Shown: piece after piece, positions 36,396 to 46,179 of the stretch
Layout: the number at the start of each line of letters is the position of its first letter
Position numbering within the stretch: position 1 is the stretch's first letter
Source of the DNA: a virus
Taxonomy: Duplodnaviria; Caudoviricetes
Strand: one strand, 5' to 3'
DNA length: 64,000 nt
IMG/VR virus record: IMGVR_UViG_3300025838_000032
Coordinates: 1 to 64,000 of that record
The notes under the pieces: generated by a model
What the model saw: the letters and a program-made list of their open reading frames with translations, nothing else
Told to the model about the DNA's origin: nothing
Databases searched by the model: none
Program-made: the position numbers and the translations under genes

Positions 36396-37717
36396 TGAGT
36401 CGTTTCGATGACGAGCTGGTTAAGACAGCCGAGAACGCTTACCAAGAGCGAGGTCTCTCTGGTCAGTTTACCACACCAAGACAACAGCCATACGACCAGG
36501 TCAATACGGTTGGAACCGACTCGGCTCCTGGTGTGACTCAGGCACCCGCCCCTGCAGAAGAGGCTGGAGACTGGATCGCCAACCAGCCCGCTGCGCACGT
36601 AGTTGATGTACGTGACCTTGATGCTGCTGATCAGGGCGAGATTATCGGTGGTCCCGGCTCGAGCGCCGTCTACGCCGAGGGTGGTCCCGTATACGCTAGC
36701 GTGAACCCGATTGATGAAAGTCTCTACAACGTTTACAAGGCTAGCCGAGACATTCGTACGGCTATCGATGAGCAAACTGACTTTGACTTCTCTAACTTAA
36801 TGACTGCTTCTACAGATGCGGCTACTGTACTTCGTTTCGCTAGCACAGACGACAATGCCAAGCAGGTCATTGGTACTGTGGCGAGCATCGTTCAGGACAT
36901 TGAGAACGACCTTGCCACAACTGGCGATTACAAACAGGCCGCTAAGGACCTTACAGAGCTCGAGAGCCTGTTGAAGGAAGTTAAGAAGGCTGCTACTGGC
37001 GATTCCGATGAAGAGTCTGACGATGACTCTGATGATTCTAAGACTGCCTCTAAGAAAGACGATGACTGCACCTGTGACGGAGAGGGCACTTGCAAGTCTT
37101 GCAAGAAAGCTAAGAAGACCAAGAAGAAGCAGAAGAAGGCTTCTAATGGTAACCAGGAAAGCCTCGCTGTTATCGATGTACGTGACCTTGACGATCAGGC
37201 TGGTCTGTTCGACCGCCAGCGCGTTATGACTCCTGACCACGTCACCAACCCTCTTGTTCCTGAAAAGGTGAATGGTGAGGACGCTGCTTATGTCCCATTC
37301 TACAACGATGGTGCTGAGTCGGGCGTAACTCCTCAGGTTGACCACGACCGCAATGCGTGGCCCTATGACGGCACTAACCCAGCCCTAGTTGGCTATGCGG
37401 GCACCGTTGCCGCCGTACAGGCTAGCCGTGAGAAGATTTTTGAGGCTCTGCAGGTCGTAGAGCGTCTTGAGAAGCTGGGCATGGTCAATCACGATGACCG
37501 CGCCAAGCATATCGCAAAGTTTGAACAAATGTCAGATGCCAGTCTTACCGGTTTCAAAACGGCACTGGATGCGTTCGAAGAGTCTGGGGCTCGTCAACCC
37601 CGGAGCCAGAAAGTGGCAAGTGGTAATAACCGCATGCCAGAAATGGGTCGGTTGACAACGGCCTCAACAGTTACTCGTCAGGATGTTCAGTCTGACGATT
37701 GGCTGATGACACTTTAA
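36395..37717 (+). CDS. Probable capsid scaffolding protein
   Basis: Acidic, helical, biased codons; between the protease and the decoration/capsid genes. Confidence 0.55.
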   Translation: MSRFDDELVKTAENAYQERGLSGQFTTPRQQPYDQVNTVGTDSAPGVTQAPAPAEEAGDWIANQPAAHVVDVRDLDAADQGEIIGGPGSSAVYAEGGPVYASVNPIDESLYNVYKASRDIRTAIDEQTDFDFSNLMTASTDAATVLRFASTDDNAKQVIGTVASIVQDIENDLATTGDYKQAAKDLTELESLLKEVKKAATGDSDEESDDDSDDSKTASKKDDDCTCDGEGTCKSCKKAKKTKKKQKKASNGNQESLAVIDVRDLDDQAGLFDRQRVMTPDHVTNPLVPEKVNGEDAAYVPFYNDGAESGVTPQVDHDRNAWPYDGTNPALVGYAGTVAAVQASREKIFEALQVVERLEKLGMVNHDDRAKHIAKFEQMSDASLTGFKTALDAFEESGARQPRSQKVASGNNRMPEMGRLTTASTVTRQDVQSDDWLMTL

Positions 37718-37745
37718 CCAAATCCCCTACTAAGGAGAAAGAAAA

Positions 37746-38267
37746 ATGCTGCAACTCAATAGCGTAGCCAACGTTGGGGTTCACCGTACGTGCACCCCAC
37801 TGTACGAAAAGTACGAGGCTACACCCTACAACACATTCCTTGACCCCGCCGATACGACTAACATCTACTCGGGTATGGTCTTGTACCGTACTGGTCCTGA
37901 CACCGTAGCCAATGCTAGCGCCGCGACTTCTGTCGTTGGTGCCAAGCCTTTCGGCCTCTCGGCTCTTGACCGTAACCCTAACATCGATGATGTTACTCAG
38001 GTTGGTGTTAACTCTTGGGCGGTTTGGCTCGGTGGTGCGAACGCGTTCTTCACCATTACGGCTCCCGCGTTTGACACGACTCAGTCGTACTCTATCACTA
38101 CCTCTGGTGTCCGTACTCTTCTGTACACCGCCTCTGGTACTGGTCAGCTTACTTCCGTTTCGGGTGCTGCCACAACTCTGGCTGCTGTTCCTGTCGCTGA
38201 GCTTATCGATGTTATTAGCCCAACACAAATTGTTGTCCGTCTCGTCCCATTCGGCGCAACAGCCTAA
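37746..38267 (+). CDS. Head decoration / capsid-stabilising protein
   Basis: 173 aa immediately before the MCP; IYSGMVL..TG, PFGLSA; highly biased codons. Confidence 0.65.
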   Translation: MLQLNSVANVGVHRTCTPLYEKYEATPYNTFLDPADTTNIYSGMVLYRTGPDTVANASAATSVVGAKPFGLSALDRNPNIDDVTQVGVNSWAVWLGGANAFFTITAPAFDTTQSYSITTSGVRTLLYTASGTGQLTSVSGAATTLAAVPVAELIDVISPTQIVVRLVPFGATA

Positions 38268-38290
38268 GGTATCTGAAAGGAAATATAAAC

Positions 38291-39304
38291 ATGAGTACTA
38301 TCCTTCCCAATGGCGCTGTTGCCGAGCATCTCGCTCCGCGCACGGCCAAAAAGTCGGACGATTATGTCGCCGGTATTGTAGAGGCTCAAGAGCGTCTCGC
38401 TGCGGCTACTGGTCGTAAGACTGCCACCCGTGAGGAGAAGCAGCGTCGTCTGGCCGGTGTTCTGGCTGACAAGGACAACTACATGGTCCGTTTGGGCCAG
38501 GGTATGATCGGTCCTATCCAGCTGAAGCTCCGCTATCAGGGTATGACCCGTAACGTCCTCCTTGAGGATCCGTTAACTCCCGGTGTCCCCGTCATGTATG
38601 ACGTATTGGACGAGTATGGTCAGGCTTACATTCTTTCCGGTAACGAGGGTGAGGTCCGTGTGACTCCCTTCGAAGGTAAGAAGGTTCCAGTCCGCTTGTT
38701 CCGTATTGCCACCTTCCCTCAGATCAAGAAGGAAGACCTGTGGTACCTGCGTGTAAACATCGTTGAGTACGCTCAGGACATGTCCAAGCAGGCCATCATG
38801 ATGCAGGAGGACGCCCGCCTTATCACCGTCCTCGAGGCTGCTATCAACAACTACGCTGTTGACCCCAACCACGTAGTTTCCCCCAACCACATCGTCAACG
38901 AGCTCTCGGGTTACATTACTCCTGACTCGATGTACGACCTCGTGGCCCTCATTGAGGTTCACCAGTTGGAGGCTAGCCGTCTTCTGTTCAACCCCATCGA
39001 CTACCGTGACCTCTACAAGTGGGACATCAACCAGACTGGTTGGGCCTTCAAGGACCGCGTTGTTGCCGGTGAGCGTATTGTTCAGTTCGGTGGCTTCCAG
39101 GTTCAGCGTAGCATTGAGGTCCCTCAGGGAACTGTTTACATGACTCCTAGCCCCGAGTTCCTCGGTGTCTTCCCTGTCATGTACTCGCTCGATGTTGAGG
39201 AGAACCACACCCCTGAGAAGTTCCACAAGGGCTGGGTCATGGACGAGCTCGTTTCCGAGATAGTCTTGAATCCACGTGGCCTTGGCAAGATCGTGAAGGC
39301 ATGA
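38291..39304 (+). CDS. Major capsid protein (HK97 fold, Bxz1-like)
   Basis: MIGPIQLKLRYQG, LLEDPLTPGVP, FRIATFPQIKKEDL, EFLGVFPVMYSLDVEE, KGWVMDEL, NPRG recalled from cluster C mycobacteriophage capsids; extreme codon bias. Confidence 0.9.
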   Translation: MSTILPNGAVAEHLAPRTAKKSDDYVAGIVEAQERLAAATGRKTATREEKQRRLAGVLADKDNYMVRLGQGMIGPIQLKLRYQGMTRNVLLEDPLTPGVPVMYDVLDEYGQAYILSGNEGEVRVTPFEGKKVPVRLFRIATFPQIKKEDLWYLRVNIVEYAQDMSKQAIMMQEDARLITVLEAAINNYAVDPNHVVSPNHIVNELSGYITPDSMYDLVALIEVHQLEASRLLFNPIDYRDLYKWDINQTGWAFKDRVVAGERIVQFGGFQVQRSIEVPQGTVYMTPSPEFLGVFPVMYSLDVEENHTPEKFHKGWVMDELVSEIVLNPRGLGKIVKA

Positions 39305-39339
39305 GTCTAGTTAAGTTTGTAAAGGCTTAATTAAATAAT

Positions 39340-40044
39340 ATGTCTAATGTTCGTAAACCAAAGTATGAGTTGAAATGCCAAAAGTGTGACAACTCATACT
39401 TTGGTTACAGAACAGATTCACGTTTTTGTTCTCAAAAATGTATGTTTAGCAATACACAACAAAAAGAACGAGATTGTTTAACTTGTAACAACACATATGT
39501 TGGTTATGCAAATAGCAAATATTGTTCTTCTGAATGCCGAAAAGCTGCAGGAAATTATAAAAAACCTGGGAAAACTAAATCTGCAATCTGTATAGGTTGT
39601 GGAGAAGAATTTACTAGACCATCGTCTTATGCCTCAGCGATGAAGTACTGCTCTAATAAGTGCAGCCACTCAGAGATAAAGCGCGTAAGAGATAGGTACG
39701 TAATGACACTCCACGAAGACACAATCGTTTTTCGTAGTACATGGGAGCTCAGATTTGTGGCCGCTTGCCTCAGATTTGGGCTCCCATGGAGACGATATGA
39801 CGGTGACTATATCGAGACTTCTGAAGGAAATTACCGCCCGGACTTTATCGCTGGCCTTGAAGAATACGTTGTAGAAATTAAGGGCTACATGAATTTTGAA
39901 TCAGCCGTAAAGATTGAGGCTGGAAGACAGGCATTCGGAGATAAGTATATCTTACTTCTGGAAGAGGATCTTATCAGATTCGAAGAAACTGGTGAGCTCG
40001 ATGTAAAGAATGTTTCTACTCGCTCTAGTGAGTGGATGAATTAA
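39340..40044 (+). CDS. Free-standing homing-endonuclease-like protein (Cys repeats + PD-(D/E)XK, TnsA-like)
   Basis: CxxC...YCSxxC repeats, then FRSTWE...YRPDF...VVEIKG; AT-rich compared with the MCP. Confidence 0.75.
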   Translation: MSNVRKPKYELKCQKCDNSYFGYRTDSRFCSQKCMFSNTQQKERDCLTCNNTYVGYANSKYCSSECRKAAGNYKKPGKTKSAICIGCGEEFTRPSSYASAMKYCSNKCSHSEIKRVRDRYVMTLHEDTIVFRSTWELRFVAACLRFGLPWRRYDGDYIETSEGNYRPDFIAGLEEYVVEIKGYMNFESAVKIEAGRQAFGDKYILLLEEDLIRFEETGELDVKNVSTRSSEWMN

Positions 40045-40133
40045 AGAAATACCCTTGAAGTTGAATTAACTAGGTATAGAAAATCTCTTTACCTACCTAG
40101 GGCGAAAGCCCCTTGAAGATAGGAAGCATTAAA

Positions 40134-40703
40134 ATGGCACCAAGAACCGTATCGAAATCAAGCGACGTTAGTAGCGAGAGCACTCCGGTCCCCGTTGTGG
40201 ACTTGGGCGGTCACTACGAAGAGCACAAGGCTGATCCAGCGGATCGAGCTGCGGCCCTTCAGAAGCGACCTCCTGCTGCGTTTAAAGATATGCAGGATAT
40301 ACAGGTAGCAGATTGGATTGAGAACCTGATGGAAGGTTCCACTGTTTTTACCAGTGATAAGGGTAGCTTTAAGCTAGCCGGAGCCGGTTACCACAACAGT
40401 ATTCAACCAATCGCTGAGGAAATTCGCAAAGATCCTTATTTGCTGAGAGCAGTGCAGCGCGGAAGAATTGCTTATATAACTGCTGATGATGCGATGGAAA
40501 AGATCGCTGGGCTTAAGGATGAAAGTAGTACAAGCGAGAGTCACATGGACCATCTCCGTGAGAGTCTCTCCGCAGGAGCTAGCGAGAACACGGGCATGTA
40601 CAAGATCCCGCTGCCAGACGAAGCAGAGCCTAAGGGTCCCGCTCAAACCTGGGAGCAGATCTGGTCCAACAGTACTAGCACTGCCAAGCCAAAGAACGTA
40701 TAA
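40134..40703 (+). CDS. Hypothetical protein
   Basis: ATG at 40134 after AGGAAG. Confidence 0.7.
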   Translation: MAPRTVSKSSDVSSESTPVPVVDLGGHYEEHKADPADRAAALQKRPPAAFKDMQDIQVADWIENLMEGSTVFTSDKGSFKLAGAGYHNSIQPIAEEIRKDPYLLRAVQRGRIAYITADDAMEKIAGLKDESSTSESHMDHLRESLSAGASENTGMYKIPLPDEAEPKGPAQTWEQIWSNSTSTAKPKNV

Positions 40704-40708
40704 CAACC

Positions 40709-40732
40709 GGTGGACTGAAAAGCTCCACCTTT
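40709..40732 (+). terminator. Possible weak terminator hairpin
   Basis: GGTGGA/TCCACC stem followed by TTT. Confidence 0.3.
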
Positions 40733-40745
40733 ATAAGGAGCTTAA

Positions 40746-41006
40746 ATGAGCGACGAGATCAAGAACACAGTGAAGGCTGAAGAGGCCGAACCACTTGGCG
40801 CAGTTCTTCCTCAGAACACAGTTTTGAGTGGTACGACCATTTACAATGAGCCATGGTTCAGCGTCTGGGTCCCTCAGACCTTTGCCGGTGCCGTTGCTAG
40901 CGGTTACGCTGCCCCTACTTTGAGCGGTAACGGGTGGGCTGGAACGAACAACACTGGGTTCGCTTTCCAGAACGACCAGTACAACACTACCGTAAGAGGC
41001 TTCTAA
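40746..41006 (+). CDS. Small putative structural protein
   Basis: SD AAGGAG. Confidence 0.7.
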   Translation: MSDEIKNTVKAEEAEPLGAVLPQNTVLSGTTIYNEPWFSVWVPQTFAGAVASGYAAPTLSGNGWAGTNNTGFAFQNDQYNTTVRGF

Positions 41007-41185
41007 TGGCAGTTAAAGTACCACCACACGCTGTAGTGACAACTCAGAGCAAGCCGGGAACTGTTATTGCTCAAGGGGTTTCCGTCCCAGACGTGAGCAA
41101 GCCTACTCCATCATACGTAACAGCAACAATGCACTCGAGCACTGCTCAGTCCGCACAACTCATCAACAGAATAGGTGATATATAA
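41006..41185 (+). CDS. Small hypothetical protein (59 aa, MAVKVPPH...)
   Basis: TAATG coupling at both ends. Confidence 0.6.
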   Translation: MAVKVPPHAVVTTQSKPGTVIAQGVSVPDVSKPTPSYVTATMHSSTAQSAQLINRIGDI

Positions 41186-42180
41186 TGGTTACTCCAAACA
41201 CCGCTACAGAAATGGCCAACAAGCTCGCGCTTCGTAGCGTTACGCGAGGTGGCGCGAACACATGGTTCGAAGCAATTGATCCCGCTATCATGGTAAACGC
41301 CGCCGCGACCACGAACGGTCTTGTCGGGCTCTCGGTCCCGACGAACAACACAACGTTCCAGGTAGGTATCACCAGCGCAATTGCTTCGGGTGTGTTCGCC
41401 GTTACCGCCATTACTGGTGCTGGTTCGGGTTCATTCCCTTACACGATCACCTTGACTGGTTCTTCGGCTAGCGCCTTCTCTACGGGTAGCACGTTTAACG
41501 TAGCTGGTGTAACCACTACCACTGGTTATAACCAAGCCTACGTCATCAGCTCGGTAACCTATAGTGGAGCCTCCTCGGGAGCCACGACGTTTACCGCTTC
41601 TGGTACCACGAGTAACGTGGTCACTGGTGCTGCGACACTGACGAACGCCTGGGTGAGTGGTACTGGTTACGGTACTCTTACGACAACCTTGACCGGAACA
41701 TCAACCGGGAACAATGTTGCCGCGCTTGTATCTGGTCTAGCTGCTGGGCCGCTGAGTGGTTATACATTCTACGCTAATGCCGGAAATGCTAACTACCTAT
41801 ACGACACGACTACCACGCTGGTCATCCCTAGTGGTGCTGCGCTCGGTGTTGTTAATGCCCTAGGTACTGCGCCGGTTCTTACCTCGCTTGCCCTGAGTGG
41901 TACTAATGCCGAGGCGACGACCTACCCCAACTACACAGGTACTCCGAACGCTGTGCCTACGTGGGTAGACGACGCTACGGTACACGCTACGCAGGTTGGT
42001 TTCAACGGTCTGGCTGTAGCCGCTACCACTCTGAGCGGTACTGGTCTTGTAACCCAGCAACAGGTACGTCAGATCCAGACCAATGTGTCTGAGACCCAGA
42101 CGTACGCCGGTTACCAGGCTACCTACAGCGGTAACCTGTACCAGACTGGCCAGAAGAGAACGTACCGTCAGCAAAGCTAA
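41185..42180 (+). CDS. Thr/Gly/Ala-rich virion protein
   Basis: 331 aa, beta-rich composition, biased codons. Confidence 0.7.
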   Translation: MVTPNTATEMANKLALRSVTRGGANTWFEAIDPAIMVNAAATTNGLVGLSVPTNNTTFQVGITSAIASGVFAVTAITGAGSGSFPYTITLTGSSASAFSTGSTFNVAGVTTTTGYNQAYVISSVTYSGASSGATTFTASGTTSNVVTGAATLTNAWVSGTGYGTLTTTLTGTSTGNNVAALVSGLAAGPLSGYTFYANAGNANYLYDTTTTLVIPSGAALGVVNALGTAPVLTSLALSGTNAEATTYPNYTGTPNAVPTWVDDATVHATQVGFNGLAVAATTLSGTGLVTQQQVRQIQTNVSETQTYAGYQATYSGNLYQTGQKRTYRQQS

Positions 42181-42320
42181 TGGAACACTTACCTTTTGTT
42201 ATAAAGGTTGATGCAGTAATTACTAGAGCCAATGGTGACCGTGAAGACCTCGGCACCATTGGTTCTACTGTATTGGAACTAGAACGTGATAACACTACTG
42301 ACATCGAAGACGAGAAGTAG
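42180..42320 (+). CDS. Small hypothetical protein (46 aa, MEHLPFVIKVDAVITRANGDREDLG...)
   Basis: TAATG-coupled. Confidence 0.5.
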   Translation: MEHLPFVIKVDAVITRANGDREDLGTIGSTVLELERDNTTDIEDEK

Positions 42321-42891
42321 TTTAGCCAATGCGATAGCAGGATCTGGTTACTCTCTGAGTGTGCCAAAATACCTGGCTTGGGGTATTGGTGCCGGAGATA
42401 CTCAATCATCTGATATAGGTCTTTTCTATCCTGTTGGATCACCTATATCTGGAACAGTAAGTGTTATAACTACTTCTTCTTCTGGAGATACCTTTTTATC
42501 TAGTACTTCTTTGACTTCTTCTGGTAGTTATAAGATTACTGAGGTTGGTCTTTTTGACACTAATTCTAGTCCAGCCGTGGGGTTCTTGTCAAGTCAAGTA
42601 AATCCTGGCGATAAAACCATTACCATCAGCGGTTATTCACGCTTCCCAAATACCTTCCCGTTCTTTGTACAGGTCTATGAAGAGGTCATGACGGTAATTT
42701 CTGGAAATGGTACCAATATCTTCAATGTAATTAGGGGCTCAAACGGCTCTAGTATGTTGATAACGATAATTCCTTCTCTCACTCCGGTGGTTGGACCAGC
42801 CGGGAATATGTTCATGAAGAGCAGCTTCCCAAGCATAAGTCTCGCTCCTGGTGATGGCGTTCAATTTAATATTAGTGTTCAATTTATTTAG
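42286..42891 (+). CDS. Tail/baseplate-associated protein
   Basis: YLAWGIG...D..L and ITEVGLFD are motifs typical of tail-fibre N-terminal/anchor domains. Confidence 0.6.
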   Translation: MITLLTSKTRSSLANAIAGSGYSLSVPKYLAWGIGAGDTQSSDIGLFYPVGSPISGTVSVITTSSSGDTFLSSTSLTSSGSYKITEVGLFDTNSSPAVGFLSSQVNPGDKTITISGYSRFPNTFPFFVQVYEEVMTVISGNGTNIFNVIRGSNGSSMLITIIPSLTPVVGPAGNMFMKSSFPSISLAPGDGVQFNISVQFI

Positions 42892-42899
42892 GAGCATAT

Positions 42900-43433
42900 A
42901 TGGCTAGTAGTTTCAACTCTACATTCTATTTCCCTCAGGAGGGTCTGAACTACCTTCTGAACCTATTCCCGCGAAACACCGCTACGATCTCTGGTACGAC
43001 ATACATAGGATTGATTGGTACCCCATGGGCTACAATCAGCGGTTATGTGGCCGCTACCGATGAGCCGATCACACTGAACTCTGGTACATACACCGTTGCT
43101 GAGGTTTCTGGTATGACCGGCTACTCGCGTCAGGCGATTACTTCTGCGACGTGGAACGCTCCGGCGTTCACCACGATTAGCATTAACACCAGTACCGGCA
43201 TCCCTGTCCAGTACACGACTACATCGAGTGGTTATACTTGGACAAATACAGGAACAACTTTCTCCGGTATTAACGGTATTTTCATCACTCTTGGATCTGG
43301 TGTCAACTACACCAGTGCGAGCGGTGCCGTTATTTGGTATGCGCCATTCTCCGACCTCTCAACTGTTACGCTGGCATCTGGTGACTCCTTGACCGTAACT
43401 CCTACCTGGCAGATGGCTTCTTACCCGTACTAA
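42900..43433 (+). CDS. Minor tail protein
   Basis: EGLNYLL...YIGL...EVSG..GYSRQA...F..L.SGDSLTVT, a common actinophage tail-protein pattern. Confidence 0.6.
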   Translation: MASSFNSTFYFPQEGLNYLLNLFPRNTATISGTTYIGLIGTPWATISGYVAATDEPITLNSGTYTVAEVSGMTGYSRQAITSATWNAPAFTTISINTSTGIPVQYTTTSSGYTWTNTGTTFSGINGIFITLGSGVNYTSASGAVIWYAPFSDLSTVTLASGDSLTVTPTWQMASYPY

Positions 43434-43452
43434 TGAGCTAGGGGCCTAGTCA

Positions 43453-46179
43453 ATGGCATTGAATATACCCAATATTGAATCATCGCCATCTTTTGACGCC
43501 CAATCTGTAACAGACTACACTGACGTATCCGCTTGGCTGGCTTTGAGCCAGGGTACTGGCGTCATTTCTGGTATGCAGGTAACGCCAAGTGCTGGTATGA
43601 CGGTGAGCGTTGCTCCCGGTGCATTCACTATCAACAACGTCCAGCACTCGTATGCTGGTGGCACAGTCACGATCAGCGGTGCAGCAGCGTTCGATAGAAA
43701 AGACATAATAGTTGCCTCGGGTACAACGATATTTGTTGTGTCGGGTACGAACAGCACAGTATCGGGATGGACAAGAAGCTCGTCTTCCCTGCCACCAGTC
43801 AAGCCGGTTATCCCATCTAGCTCTGCTCTAGTCGCAGAGATCTACGTTGGTGCTGCCACCACAACCGTAGCAGCCGGTAACATCATTGACAAAACTGCCC
43901 TGAACGGAATTAGTAATAACTTTTTGCCGACGAGTGGTGGTACCGTTAGTGGTAACCTGGTCGTAGTAAGTGGGTTCACCGTCAGCGGTACAGTAAACGT
44001 AGTTAGTGGGGTTATCAGTACAAACAGTATTCCATTAGTATACGGATCAGGAAACTCCGCGAATGTTCCCAGTGGTGTAGCAATCGGTTATAAAGCACTT
44101 GCCGTGAACACAACATCTGGTATTAATAATATTGCAATAGGTACTACTGCAATGCAGGCTAATACTAGTGGTAGCTATAACACTGTAGTAGGTAACCAGG
44201 CTAGCTATAGCGGTACAACAGGTGGATATATAACCGCAATTGGTTACCAAGCTGCATATAACAACGTAACAGGTGGATATATAACCGCAATTGGTTACCA
44301 AGCCGGTCAGTCACAGATAAACAGTTACGGTACATACGTAGGATATCGTGCGGGATCCAACGATACTGGTTCGTATAACATTATCATTGGTTATAACATC
44401 GGTGGTGGTGCAGGAAGCAACAACGTCGTTGTTGGTGCAGCCGCTACTGTTTCAACCTACAGTGGTTCCTCTGCCATTGGTTATGGTGTACAGCTCGGAG
44501 GGCACAACAGCACTACTATCGGCTCCAATTCGGTCGGCTCCTCAGGATCCGTAACATTAGGATATTCTTCGAGCACTATAGGCGCAACAAACACTGTTGC
44601 AATTGGAACAAACATACAAACTGCAGGTGCTTCTAGTGTTATTATGGGCATAAATGCCGGTGGTAACTATGGCACAAATGCAATGACGATTAATAGTGGT
44701 GTTGCAATCGGAGCTTATGCCGGTGGGTACGTCTCGGCGGGAACATCTGCATATGTTAATACCGGGTCGGTGGCAATAGGTGCTTATGCTGGTACAAGCA
44801 TACAGATAAACCCAATAACTGCCGTGGGGTTCCAAGCCGGGTACTCAGCATACGGGCAGTACAACACATATATCGGATATAACTCAGGTTATCCCAACGG
44901 AACAAACGCAAGTACTCTGGCGATTGGACAAACCCTAGTTGGTTACAACACAGGACAGGCCAACGCCACACAGTCGAACTATATAACGGCCCTCGGGTAC
45001 GGAGTAACCGTCGGTGCGTCGGGTGGTGTTGCGATAGGTGTAGACTACGCAGGTAACTCAGCGACCACATCTGTAGCGAATCAGTTCGTTCTCGGTACTG
45101 TCAACCACACGGTGGTTATACCTGGTACATTTGCCGCAAGCGGTGTAGCGACAGTAAGTGGTAGACAAATACTTACAATAGTTCCAGGCACCCAGGCGGG
45201 TAAGAACTATATCATTAATGGTGCAATGGAAATTGCCCAAAGAGGTACGAGCACATCAGGTTCAACAACAACCGCGTACGGTCTAGATAGATGGGCTAAC
45301 AAAGCTACGGTGGCGACTGGTGTTTATTACTCTCAAAGTACTAACCTATACCCGAGTGTCAACCAATATATACAGTACTTCCAGCAGGTTGCCGCTTCAG
45401 GAACAACGAGTACGACTTGGTATTTAGGACAATCGTTAGAAAACAACATGGCGTTCTCTTTGCAGGGCCAAAATGTGACTCTGTCGTTCTGGTATAAAAT
45501 CCCAGTTAACTTTACTAACTCTGTCAACGTAGCTCTGCAATATGCCACCGCCTCGGGTAACCAGAACATGGTTACTACATCTGGTACAACAATAGCCGCA
45601 AGTACCGGGACAAACATTAGTACATCTACTACTGCTATTACTGCCAACACAAACTGGACATTCGCCCAGGCAACATACGCGGTTCCTTCCGGGGCGCTAT
45701 CGCTCGGAGTTGTGTTTTCAAGCCTTACGAATACTGTATCTAGCGGTTTATTTCAAGTAACGGCTGTCCAATTAGAAATCGGTTCGTATGCATCACTTTT
45801 CTCAAGAGCAGGAGGAACATACCAAGGAGAGTTGGCGAACTGTCAAAGATATTTCTACCGTGTAGGCGGCAACAACACCTTCGAGCTCATGGGTACCGGT
45901 GTATGCACGACAACAGCCAACACGGCTTTCGTTGATATTAAGTTCCCAGTTACAATGAGATCTGCTCCATCTCTTACAGCTGCGGCAGCATCTGGGTTCG
46001 GCATCATTACCGGTGTAACAACGACCGTAACCGGTATAACTCTGAACAACGCTTCCGTAGACCAAGCCGCTGTACAGCTCGTAGTTTCGGGCACCGCGAC
46101 GGTAGCGGGGCAAGGATGTATCCTACAGGCCGGTAACAACACCACCGCAACCCTACAATTCTCGTCGGAGCTGCTATAA
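43453..46179 (+). CDS. Tail fibre / adhesin with YadA-head-like repeats
   Basis: Many (T/V)AIGYxA repeats; GKNYIINGAMEIAQRG...DRW and ELANCQRYF C-terminal module. Confidence 0.8.
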   Translation: MALNIPNIESSPSFDAQSVTDYTDVSAWLALSQGTGVISGMQVTPSAGMTVSVAPGAFTINNVQHSYAGGTVTISGAAAFDRKDIIVASGTTIFVVSGTNSTVSGWTRSSSSLPPVKPVIPSSSALVAEIYVGAATTTVAAGNIIDKTALNGISNNFLPTSGGTVSGNLVVVSGFTVSGTVNVVSGVISTNSIPLVYGSGNSANVPSGVAIGYKALAVNTTSGINNIAIGTTAMQANTSGSYNTVVGNQASYSGTTGGYITAIGYQAAYNNVTGGYITAIGYQAGQSQINSYGTYVGYRAGSNDTGSYNIIIGYNIGGGAGSNNVVVGAAATVSTYSGSSAIGYGVQLGGHNSTTIGSNSVGSSGSVTLGYSSSTIGATNTVAIGTNIQTAGASSVIMGINAGGNYGTNAMTINSGVAIGAYAGGYVSAGTSAYVNTGSVAIGAYAGTSIQINPITAVGFQAGYSAYGQYNTYIGYNSGYPNGTNASTLAIGQTLVGYNTGQANATQSNYITALGYGVTVGASGGVAIGVDYAGNSATTSVANQFVLGTVNHTVVIPGTFAASGVATVSGRQILTIVPGTQAGKNYIINGAMEIAQRGTSTSGSTTTAYGLDRWANKATVATGVYYSQSTNLYPSVNQYIQYFQQVAASGTTSTTWYLGQSLENNMAFSLQGQNVTLSFWYKIPVNFTNSVNVALQYATASGNQNMVTTSGTTIAASTGTNISTSTTAITANTNWTFAQATYAVPSGALSLGVVFSSLTNTVSSGLFQVTAVQLEIGSYASLFSRAGGTYQGELANCQRYFYRVGGNNTFELMGTGVCTTTANTAFVDIKFPVTMRSAPSLTAAAASGFGIITGVTTTVTGITLNNASVDQAAVQLVVSGTATVAGQGCILQAGNNTTATLQFSSELL

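Noticed and set aside
44217-44303. DGR template/variable repeat pair in the tail fibre
   Set aside because: A 36-bp exact in-frame duplication 51 bp apart within the YadA-like repeats; no adenine-specific differences and no RT in the window.
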